Source of the DNA: Gammaproteobacteria bacterium
GTDB taxonomy: Bacteria > Pseudomonadota > Gammaproteobacteria > Ga0077554 > Ga007554
NCBI GenBank assembly: GCA_020053945.1
Contig: JAGVME010000012.1
Location: 1-50,002 of the forward strand
DNA length: 50,002 nt
Direction of reading: 5' to 3'
Shown: piece after piece, positions 31,077 to 38,335 of the stretch
Position numbering within the stretch: the first letter of the stretch is position 1
How the letters are laid out: each line of letters opens with the position of its first letter
Position numbers and translations under genes: made by a program
The notes under the pieces: generated by a model
What the model saw: only the letters and a program-made list of their open reading frames with translations
Databases searched by the model: none
Told to the model about the DNA's origin: nothing

Positions 31077-31912
31077 AATTATTTCCAGCGAAGCTATCAT
31101 CACCCAGCTTGGCCCTGCCCTCCTTTGCCCGTAGTGGGCGTTATATTTTTTTTGGGCTGCTGGCTTACATAATATTTTTGTGCGTGATGCTGCCCGCGGA
31201 ACGCGGCTATGACTTGATCAAAGAAAAAGTAGCGCCTTTACGTTTATATCAACTGCATGGATCGGTATGGTCTGGCAGCGCGGGCATGGCCGTGACAGGT
31301 ACCCGGCAAATGCAGAATGTCCAATGGACACTGCGTCCATGGATGTTGTTACTGGGGCGCATCGAAGCATCCATAGAATTCGATGAAGCCGGACGCCACA
31401 CCCAAACAGTGCTTGGCCGTACCCTGGGCGGCACAATTTATCTTGCCGATGTAAAAACACAACTGCCGCCCACCGCCCTGGAAAATGCCCTGAATATTCC
31501 AGGATCCGGCCTTGATGGCGCCGTGGATGTCGCCTTGTCGGATGTGAAATTCACTGACGGAAAATTAACCACGCTGGAGGGCACGCTCTCATGGAATAAT
31601 GCAGGCCTGTTTGTTACGCGCACTTCGCCCAAAACCAAGCTCGGCAGTTTCGTCATGACCCTCACCACCAAGAGCGGTGGCACCGGCAACGAAATCAACG
31701 GCGTGCTCAAGGATAATCCCGCCAGTCCACTCCGTGCCGACGGTATCTTGCGCATCAAGCCAGATGGCACGTATCAATTCACTGGCTCGCTTGCGTTGCG
31801 CGACGCCAGCCGCGCGGATTTGGTACAAGCATTGCGCTTGTTCGGCAGCCCAGGACCGGGCGGTAAAATCCCGCTTTCCGCTACAGGCACTGTCCCCCTA
31901 CTCGCGTTCTAA
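31073..31912 (+). CDS. gspN: T2SS protein GspN
   Basis: 279 aa with an N-terminal TM segment, the last gene of the gsp block. It shares an ATGA overlap with gspM. Confidence 0.75.
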   Translation: MKLFPAKLSSPSLALPSFARSGRYIFFGLLAYIIFLCVMLPAERGYDLIKEKVAPLRLYQLHGSVWSGSAGMAVTGTRQMQNVQWTLRPWMLLLGRIEASIEFDEAGRHTQTVLGRTLGGTIYLADVKTQLPPTALENALNIPGSGLDGAVDVALSDVKFTDGKLTTLEGTLSWNNAGLFVTRTSPKTKLGSFVMTLTTKSGGTGNEINGVLKDNPASPLRADGILRIKPDGTYQFTGSLALRDASRADLVQALRLFGSPGPGGKIPLSATGTVPLLAF

Positions 31913-31943
31913 GCCCTTCATTCCATATTAAATATATTTCATT

Positions 31944-31973
31944 TTGCCTTACCTGCCCGTAATTGCGTAAAAT
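31944..31973 (+). promoter_or_regulatory. Candidate sigma70 promoter for minCDE
   Basis: TTGCCT-N18-TAAAAT, about 70 nt upstream of the minC start. This is a motif match only. Confidence 0.3.
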
Positions 31974-32045
31974 AGCCGGGGAAGCCCTTTATATTTAGGC
32001 CATAATGGATCACCGTATTAATTTTTAGCCAAACAGCAGGTAACA

Positions 32046-32876
32046 GTGAAACAGTCCACCAAGGAAGATCTCAAGAAAAAACCCCACGGAAAAGACACTG
32101 CGCTGGACATCAAAGGATCAGTATTCACGCTGACCGTGCTCTGCCTGAAAAGTGCTGACAGCGCGGCGATAGAGCAGGCCCTGCACGAACACTTGTCGCG
32201 GGCGCCGCGTTTTTTTCATAATGCCCCCGTGGTAATTGACGTAAAAGCATTGCGCCATGACGTAAGCGGGGACACCGCGACTACCTTGGATTTTGCCTTA
32301 TTGACGGCCTTGTTGCGCAAACATAACTTAGTTCCCGTGGGTGTGCGTCATGCCGCCCCGGAACAACTTAATGAGGTCATTACCGCGGGTCTTGCGATAC
32401 TGCAAGGGGGAAGCGCTAAACCTGAGCCTGCCGAACCTCCCGTTGCGTCCGCCACAGGGGCAAGTGCCACGCCTCCGCCGAACCGGATGCCCAAGCACGA
32501 TGAGCGGTCGCAGGATGCGCCAGAACCGACGCCCCGGGTGGCCACCACGACAAAAATCGTGCGCCAGCCCGTGCGCTCCGGGCAACAAATCTACGCCAAA
32601 GACGGTGACTTGATATTACTGGCGCCCGTCAATGCCGGTGCGGAAGTGCTGGCCGATGGCAACATCCACATCTACGCGCCGCTACGGGGCCGCGCCCTGG
32701 CGGGCGTCACCGGCGACATGAACGCACGTATTTTCACACACTCACTGGAAGCCGAGCTGGTATCCGTGGCCGGGCATTACCGTATTTTTGAGCAGCAACC
32801 GGCAGCCGATGTACATGGCAAATCCGTGCAAATATATCTGGAAAATGAACGTCTCGTCATTACGCCATTAATTTAA
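32046..32876 (+). CDS. minC: Septum site-determining protein MinC
   Basis: 276 aa with a C-terminal beta-helix region (VRSGQQIYAKDGDLILLAPVNAGAEVLADGNIHIY..LRGRALAG). It has an unusually long Pro/Ala-rich linker. GTG start. Confidence 0.92.
   Translation: MKQSTKEDLKKKPHGKDTALDIKGSVFTLTVLCLKSADSAAIEQALHEHLSRAPRFFHNAPVVIDVKALRHDVSGDTATTLDFALLTALLRKHNLVPVGVRHAAPEQLNEVITAGLAILQGGSAKPEPAEPPVASATGASATPPPNRMPKHDERSQDAPEPTPRVATTTKIVRQPVRSGQQIYAKDGDLILLAPVNAGAEVLADGNIHIYAPLRGRALAGVTGDMNARIFTHSLEAELVSVAGHYRIFEQQPAADVHGKSVQIYLENERLVITPLI
32475..32533 (+). repeat. In-frame copy of the GC-rich repeat inside the minC linker
   Basis: CCGCCGAACCGGATGCCCAAGCACGATGAGCGGTCGCAGGATGCGCCAGAACCGACGCC aligns with the gspL copy (GGATGCCCA.G...G.TGAGCG..CAGGATGCGC.AGA.CC). 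It encodes ..NRMPKHDERSQDAPEP.. in the same reading frame as the gspL copy. Confidence 0.65.
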
Positions 32877-32909
32877 CAATCTATTTTTTTATCATCCAAG
32901 GAGCACACA

Positions 32910-33719
32910 TTGACCAAAGTTATCGTCGTTACTTCTGGCAAGGGCGGGGTAGGGAAAACTACCAGCAGCTCCAGTTTTGCCAGTGGACTCGCCTTACGTG
33001 GCCACAAAACGGCCGTGATTGATTTTGACGTTGGCCTGCGCAACCTCGACCTTATCATGGGCTGTGAACGCCGCGTGGTCTATGATTTTGTCAACGTCAT
33101 CAACGGTGAATCCACGCTGAAACAGGCGCTCATCAAAGACAAACACTGCGACAACCTGTTTGTGTTGCCCGCCTCACAAACACGCGACAAAGACGCGCTG
33201 GACACCGCCAGCGTAGGCCGCGTCATCAATGAATTGCGCGACAGCTTTGATTATATTGTTTGCGACTCCCCCGCAGGTATCGAAAAAGGCGCGCTCATGG
33301 CGCTGTATTACGCCGATGAAGCGCTGATCGTCACCAACCCGGAAGTATCTTCGGTGCGTGACTCCGACCGCATTCTCGGTATTCTCGCCGCCAAATCAAA
33401 ACGCGCTGAAGATGGCGCCGAACCCATTAAAGAACACCTGCTCATCACGCGTTATTCGCCACGCCGCGCCGCCGCAGGCGAAATGCTCAGCGTCACAGAC
33501 GTGCAGGAAATCCTCAGCATTCCCCTGCTCGGTGTCATCCCCGAAACCGAAGCGGTGTTACAGGCCTCTAACGCTGGCGTACCGGTGATTCATGATATAG
33601 AAAGCAATGCAGGCCAGGCGTATCGCGATGTAGTCGCACGCTTCCTCGGTGAAGATGTGCCGATGCGCTTCTTGACCGCCGACAGAAAAGGCTTCTTCAG
33701 CCGCCTATTTGGAGCCTAA
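32910..33719 (+). CDS. minD: Septum site-determining ATPase MinD
   Basis: 269 aa with VIVVTSGKGGVGKTT (deviant Walker A) and a C-terminal amphipathic helix (KGFFSRLFG). TTG start 6 nt after AAGGAG. Confidence 0.96.
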   Translation: MTKVIVVTSGKGGVGKTTSSSSFASGLALRGHKTAVIDFDVGLRNLDLIMGCERRVVYDFVNVINGESTLKQALIKDKHCDNLFVLPASQTRDKDALDTASVGRVINELRDSFDYIVCDSPAGIEKGALMALYYADEALIVTNPEVSSVRDSDRILGILAAKSKRAEDGAEPIKEHLLITRYSPRRAAAGEMLSVTDVQEILSIPLLGVIPETEAVLQASNAGVPVIHDIESNAGQAYRDVVARFLGEDVPMRFLTADRKGFFSRLFGA

Positions 33720-33722
33720 ACC

Positions 33723-34001
33723 ATGTCATTTCTTGATTATTTGCTTGGCACACGCAAGAAAACCGCCACCGTCGCGAAAGACCGTCTGCAAATCATTCTC
33801 GCCCGCGAACGCGTAGACCGCAAAGGCCCCGACTTCTTGCCGGAACTGCGCCAGGAATTACTGCAAGTGATTTCAAAATACGTCAAGATTGACCTTGACC
33901 AAGTCAAAGTCAATCTTGAGCACGATGGCAACTTTGAAGTGCTGGAATTAAATATTGTATTGCCAGAATCCATCAATACCGTAAAAAAAACGGCGTCATA
34001 A
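33723..34001 (+). CDS. minE: Cell division topological specificity factor MinE
   Basis: 92 aa with [26 protein letters not shown], matching the MinE N-terminus. Confidence 0.95.
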   Translation: MSFLDYLLGTRKKTATVAKDRLQIILARERVDRKGPDFLPELRQELLQVISKYVKIDLDQVKVNLEHDGNFEVLELNIVLPESINTVKKTAS

Positions 34002-34008
34002 ATTGTGG

Positions 34009-34046
34009 GGTTTCGGCTTAGTTAACACCAGGGCCAAGCCGAGACC
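34009..34046. terminator. Hairpin between convergent minE and the GHKL-STAS gene (candidate bidirectional terminator)
   Basis: GGTTTCGGCTT-N16-AAGCCGAGACC, with 10 of 11 bp paired in the stem. Confidence 0.5.
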
Positions 34047-34054
34047 GCCGCATC

Positions 34055-35086
34055 TCATACATGGCTGCGGGCACGCTGGATCATTTGTTTCACCTCGGGG
34101 CATGCATTAAGCTCAATCAATTCCATTCCTGGATGCGCGTTCGCAAAAACACGGAAGATTTCATCGGCAAACGCCTGACCCACTGACTCGATACCGCTGA
34201 AATCAAATAGGACTGTCTTAAACCTGTCGACCCGCGCCAAAAGCCGTTTCGCCTCTGAACGCGAAACCAGCTTACTGTCACCGTACTGCGCCAACTTTAC
34301 CGGAACAATGGTTTTATTAAAGCCATAATCGTCACCCGAGGTGTATTCATCGAATACTTTTTTCAAGGTTCGTGCCGTATGGTTATTTAGCTTCATCCCA
34401 ACATAAGTTCCATTTAAGCTGCCATCCTGTTCCAGAATCCAGTCTTCCTTGTCTCCAAATTGATGTGAGAAATAAATCCCACCAGACATAATTCGAAAGT
34501 CATCAAACATCCTCGATGTAAAAAAAATACCTTCGCCGCTATGACGCGTTGGGTCGGTTGTGAGCTTCCCCTTGGCGAGTTCGAGTACAACATGGCGCTC
34601 ATCCAATAACCCAAGCTGCGTTTGAATTTTTTTGAAGATTCCCACTCCGTTGTCATCAATGATAATCCGTGTGCTAACTGCCGTCTTTTCAAGAGTGACG
34701 TGGATAGTTGTTCCACCGGAATGATCAATTGCATTATTGAACATTTCAGTGAATCCATAATGCCAAATATCGAGCACGTTACTGGGCATTGGCCCCAACT
34801 TTTCTTCAATGTCCTTTCGCCAAACAGCATCCTCGGCCAAACCGCTGGACAGCGTATAGTCCTGCCGCCACGTCATAAGAGGCGCTAACCTATAAGTGCG
34901 ACTACGCGTATTGCCTGACGGAATAATGGCCTTTTCATGGACGAGGCTGGCCAGATGCTTATTCACCGCCTGGCGTGTTACATCAAAATGTTCTGATGTA
35001 ACTTTCATAATATCAGCGGGATGCTTATCAAGATGTTCAAGAATATAGTGGCGTATCGCCTCGCCACGCACACGAATTTTGCTCAT
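34055..35086 (-). CDS. wHTH - GHKL (SpoIIAB/RsbW-like) ATPase - STAS-like (DUF4325) fusion protein
   Basis: About 343 aa. It has an N-terminal wHTH (ILEHLDKHPADIMKVTSEHFDVTRQAVNKHLASLVHEKAI). The GHKL boxes are N (EMFNNAIDH), G1 (IDDNGVGI) and G2 (HSGEGIFF). The C-terminal region (FKTVLFDFSGIESVGQAFADEIFRVF) is typical of DUF4325. The ATG at 35086 is preferred over the TTG at 35104. Confidence 0.7.
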   Translation of the reverse strand: MSKIRVRGEAIRHYILEHLDKHPADIMKVTSEHFDVTRQAVNKHLASLVHEKAIIPSGNTRSRTYRLAPLMTWRQDYTLSSGLAEDAVWRKDIEEKLGPMPSNVLDIWHYGFTEMFNNAIDHSGGTTIHVTLEKTAVSTRIIIDDNGVGIFKKIQTQLGLLDERHVVLELAKGKLTTDPTRHSGEGIFFTSRMFDDFRIMSGGIYFSHQFGDKEDWILEQDGSLNGTYVGMKLNNHTARTLKKVFDEYTSGDDYGFNKTIVPVKLAQYGDSKLVSRSEAKRLLARVDRFKTVLFDFSGIESVGQAFADEIFRVFANAHPGMELIELNACPEVKQMIQRARSHV

Positions 35087-35097
35087 TTCACGACCTT

Positions 35098-35149
35098 TTG
35101 ACAACTTTTAGTTGATTTATTGTCAACTTTTTGTTGGCTATTGTCAACT
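35098..35149. promoter_or_regulatory. Three TTGTCAAC/GTTGACAA sites (two direct copies 21 bp apart and one inverted copy) in the promoter region of the GHKL-STAS gene
   Basis: TATTGTCAACT occurs at 35118-35128 and 35139-35149, and the inverted TTGACAACT at 35098-35106. On the coding (minus) strand they read AGTTGACAAT twice, giving TTGACA-N17-GACAAT. Confidence 0.55.
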
Positions 35150-35157
35150 GTTGCCAA

Positions 35158-35877
35158 TTAAGGCGTTGCCCGGCGGATCTTGTTAACCGCTGCCATAACG
35201 AAGGCAGAAAAAATTACGATGTCTTGCAGGAAATGAATAAACCACGCCCAAAAAATCCCGGTCGTCTCGATAACCGATTTCGCCAGCAACCATCCCAACA
35301 AGCCTGCCATGAACGCCCCCACAACGCCGTTGGGCATGCCGCGAAGATGAGGCGCCCCAAAGGCCACTGCAGAAATAAGGAGAATGTATGGGGTATCAAT
35401 TACGCCAAACAGCGGCACAATAATACCAAGACGGTAAACAACTTCTTCCGAGAAGGAATTGGTAAGGGAAAACAACAGCACCCACGGAAGGTAAGGCACG
35501 AGCCGGTTTATGCCACCGCCTGATTTACGAAACTGTAAATAGATAAAAATGAATGTACCAAGCGTGATGAAAAACGACAGGCTGACTCCAAGACCAAGCC
35601 ATGACTCACCCTCCTCAATGTCCAACCACGAAACCCCTCTGGCGGGAGCCGCTATATTGCCAGGAGCGAAGAAGGCAACAAAATTGGCTTCGTTAACCAA
35701 ATAGAGGACGAACAATACAAACATGGCAACGCCAAACAATAGTGATTGATATTTTAATTGAGTATTGATGTATCCAAGATCACTTACAGAAAATGGCGAT
35801 TTCTCCGTAAACCGGCCAAGGTTCAAAATAACTGCCGTAGCACCAAGCACGATGAACAACGCGAGTGTAATTTCCAT
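35158..35877 (-). CDS. CPBP-family intramembrane glutamic endopeptidase (CAAX protease / Abi-like)
   Basis: 239 aa, polytopic, with motif 1 EEVVYR, motif 2 FGAPH and motif 3 HFLQD. Confidence 0.8.
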   Translation of the reverse strand: MEITLALFIVLGATAVILNLGRFTEKSPFSVSDLGYINTQLKYQSLLFGVAMFVLFVLYLVNEANFVAFFAPGNIAAPARGVSWLDIEEGESWLGLGVSLSFFITLGTFIFIYLQFRKSGGGINRLVPYLPWVLLFSLTNSFSEEVVYRLGIIVPLFGVIDTPYILLISAVAFGAPHLRGMPNGVVGAFMAGLLGWLLAKSVIETTGIFWAWFIHFLQDIVIFSAFVMAAVNKIRRATP

Positions 35878-35882
35878 TCGAA

Positions 35883-36371
35883 TTATTCTCCTGAAATATT
35901 TACCCGCAAACGACCTTTCGCTGTTTCTCGTTTTCCCACGGCAGGGACAAGCCGCGTTGCCGCACCCAAACCATAGGCAGGCATATTGTTATATACCGTC
36001 TCGTACTGCCCGGCGCTCACTTTATAGGTCTCGTGCCAAATACCTACGTCACCATTGACGGCGATCTTCTTATTGAACGCAGACCAAGCCGACAAATGTG
36101 CTTTGTTCTTATCATGGGCATAAGATTCCAGATGTTCAAAGCTACGCCAGTACTGCACCAGCAGCGTATTGGGGAATCCAAAATGAGAATGCACGCCCAG
36201 TAATCCACTTTCAGGGTTTTGCAATAACTCCTTGAGCATCGGTGGCATCGCCATGGCGACAGGTAGCCATTTATGAATCTTCCAGAATTTGTTGACGCGC
36301 ATGCCAATAAGAAATACTACAAAATCACCTTCAATGTCGGTGGCCATGCGTTGCGCAATAATATTAGGCAT
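35883..36371 (-). CDS. DUF4188-family protein (Dabb-fold monooxygenase-like)
   Basis: About 162 aa beginning MPNIIAQRMATDIEGDFVVFLIGMRVNKFW...YWRSFEHLESYAHD, as I recall for DUF4188. The ATG at 36371 follows GGAGAA and overlaps the padR stop by 8 nt. Confidence 0.5.
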   Translation of the reverse strand: MPNIIAQRMATDIEGDFVVFLIGMRVNKFWKIHKWLPVAMAMPPMLKELLQNPESGLLGVHSHFGFPNTLLVQYWRSFEHLESYAHDKNKAHLSAWSAFNKKIAVNGDVGIWHETYKVSAGQYETVYNNMPAYGLGAATRLVPAVGKRETAKGRLRVNISGE

Positions 36372-36930
36372 GCTGTTCTCCTGGCGATTTTGGCCGGGCA
36401 CATTGATTAACGATAACGCGGGCATCACGCAGCAAATCTTGCTGATGCTCCTTGATACATACTATCGCTGCATGCGTGGCTGCCAACGCATAATGAACCG
36501 TGAATTTCATGCCTGCGGGCATCTCACGTTTGGTAAGATCTTCCAGCATTGCAAGCTCCCGTTGAGATTCATCGAGCCGCTCTTGCAGAATTTCCGCCAG
36601 TCGCGGTGGCGACAACAAATGGGCAAAGAACATGAGTACCAAAAATTCAGAACGTAATTTTTCCCGTGGCGGGGTTTGGGTTAACTCTGCAATAAACACT
36701 TCACGACCAGCCGCCGTGATGCTGAACACTTTTTTGTCAGGGCGTTTTTCCTGTTGGTGGCGGTCATATGCCACCTTGCCTTCTTCAGTCAATTTCTCCA
36801 GCGCCGGGTAAATAGAGCCATATCCGGCCGCAAAAAAATGGCTGAATGCCTCATCAAACAGTTTTTTGATGTCATAACCCGTCGCATCCCCCAGGCTCAG
36901 CGCGCCCAGACACAGCATTTTAATGTCCAT
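36364..36930 (-). CDS. PadR-family transcriptional regulator
   Basis: wHTH GDATGYDIKKLFDEAFSHFFAAGYGSIYPALEKLTEEGKV. The ATG at 36930 lies 4 nt after GGAGG; the track start at 36945 is a GTG. Confidence 0.85.
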   Translation of the reverse strand: MDIKMLCLGALSLGDATGYDIKKLFDEAFSHFFAAGYGSIYPALEKLTEEGKVAYDRHQQEKRPDKKVFSITAAGREVFIAELTQTPPREKLRSEFLVLMFFAHLLSPPRLAEILQERLDESQRELAMLEDLTKREMPAGMKFTVHYALAATHAAIVCIKEHQQDLLRDARVIVNQCARPKSPGEQHA

Positions 36931-36959
36931 GATGCCTCCATTCACACTCTACCGCCATA

Positions 36960-36984
36960 AATATATATCTTATAGATATATATT
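36960..36984. promoter_or_regulatory. Perfect palindrome, candidate PadR operator
   Basis: AATATATATCT-tat-AGATATATATT (11-bp arms) lies 30 nt upstream of the padR ATG. An extra half-site GATATATAT is at 36990-36998. Confidence 0.5.
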
Positions 36985-37067
36985 GTAAGGATATATATTC
37001 GAAAAATCCCCGCAATCCGTGTTCCGAGAGTAAAATGCGCATTCATTCAACAAGATAAAGTACCTCC

Positions 37068-38270
37068 ATGACCCTCCCCCCGCTACGCCTCAAAAAGAAC
37101 GAAGATCGCCGCCTGCGTGCCGGGCACCTGTGGGTGTTCAGCAATGAAGTGGACACCGCGAAAACGCCGCTGAACGCCTTTGAAGCCGGGCAACCGGTCG
37201 AGATTCAGGACAGCAAGGGCGAAGCCATCGGCAGTGGCTATGTCAACCCGCATTCGCTGATCTGCGCGCGCCTGGTGAGCCGCGATACAGCGCATGTGCT
37301 GGGCAAGTCACTGCTGGTGCATCGCCTTAACATGGCGTTGTCATTGCGTGAAAGGTTGTTTGGCACGGACAAACCTTATTACCGCCTGGCGTTTGGTGAC
37401 AGCGATGGCCTACCAGGGCTGGTGGTGGATCGCTTTGGCGATGTATTAGTCGCGCAGATTACGACAGCAGGCATGGAGCGCTGCAAGGCTGACGTGGTAA
37501 CAGCGTTAGAGCAAGTGATAAAACCCACCGCCATTCTGTTTCGTAACGACACCAGCAGCCGTGCCATGGAAGGGTTGGAAAGTTATGTAGAAACCGCACT
37601 CGGCACGGTGCCGGAGCATGTCATGCTTGAAGAAAACGGCGTGCGCTTCAACGCACCGCTGCTCAGCGGCCAGAAAACCGGCTGGTTTTACGATCATCGC
37701 CTGAACCGCGCGCGCATGCAGCACTACGTACAGGGCAAGCGGGTGCTGGATGTGTTCAGTTATATCGGCGGCTGGGGCATACAGGCGGCCACCGCCGGTG
37801 CCGAGCATGTCATCTGCGTTGACAGCTCTGCGGCGGCGTTGAACCAGGTTCAACAAAATGCCGCGCTCAACAATGTTGCCGAACGGGTCTCCATCATGGA
37901 GGGTGACGCCTTCGAGGCGCTCAAGTCATTGCGTGCTGATCATGAGAAATTCGACGTGGTGATTCTTGACCCGCCCGCCTTCATCAAACGCAGCAAAGAT
38001 ATGCGCGCCGGCTTGGAAGCGTATCAACGCATCAATCAGCAAGCCATGCAAGTGCTCGCCAAAGACGGCATTATAATCTCCGCCTCATGCTCGTTTCATC
38101 TGCCGCGCGCGGGCTTGCGTGATGCGATGCTGCGTGCCAGCCGCCACATCGACCGTAACCTGCAAATTCTCGAGCAGGGCCATCAAGGGCCAGATCACCC
38201 CGTGCATCCGGCGATTTCCGAGACGGATTATCTCAAAATGTTTATTGGACGGGTCGTGCCGAGCGCCTGA
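37068..38270 (+). CDS. rlmI: 23S rRNA (cytosine-C5)-methyltransferase RlmI-like class I SAM-dependent MTase (PUA domain)
   Basis: 400 aa with LRLKKNEDRRLRAGHLWVFSNEV (PUA-like N-terminus), QKTGWFYDHR, a SAM-binding VLDVFSYIGGWG and DPPAF. Confidence 0.85.
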   Translation: MTLPPLRLKKNEDRRLRAGHLWVFSNEVDTAKTPLNAFEAGQPVEIQDSKGEAIGSGYVNPHSLICARLVSRDTAHVLGKSLLVHRLNMALSLRERLFGTDKPYYRLAFGDSDGLPGLVVDRFGDVLVAQITTAGMERCKADVVTALEQVIKPTAILFRNDTSSRAMEGLESYVETALGTVPEHVMLEENGVRFNAPLLSGQKTGWFYDHRLNRARMQHYVQGKRVLDVFSYIGGWGIQAATAGAEHVICVDSSAAALNQVQQNAALNNVAERVSIMEGDAFEALKSLRADHEKFDVVILDPPAFIKRSKDMRAGLEAYQRINQQAMQVLAKDGIIISASCSFHLPRAGLRDAMLRASRHIDRNLQILEQGHQGPDHPVHPAISETDYLKMFIGRVVPSA

Positions 38271-38335
38271 ATGGCATAATACCGGCAACACCAAGACATT
38301 AAGCCCGTCTTGATTATCATAAATTAAAAACACTT

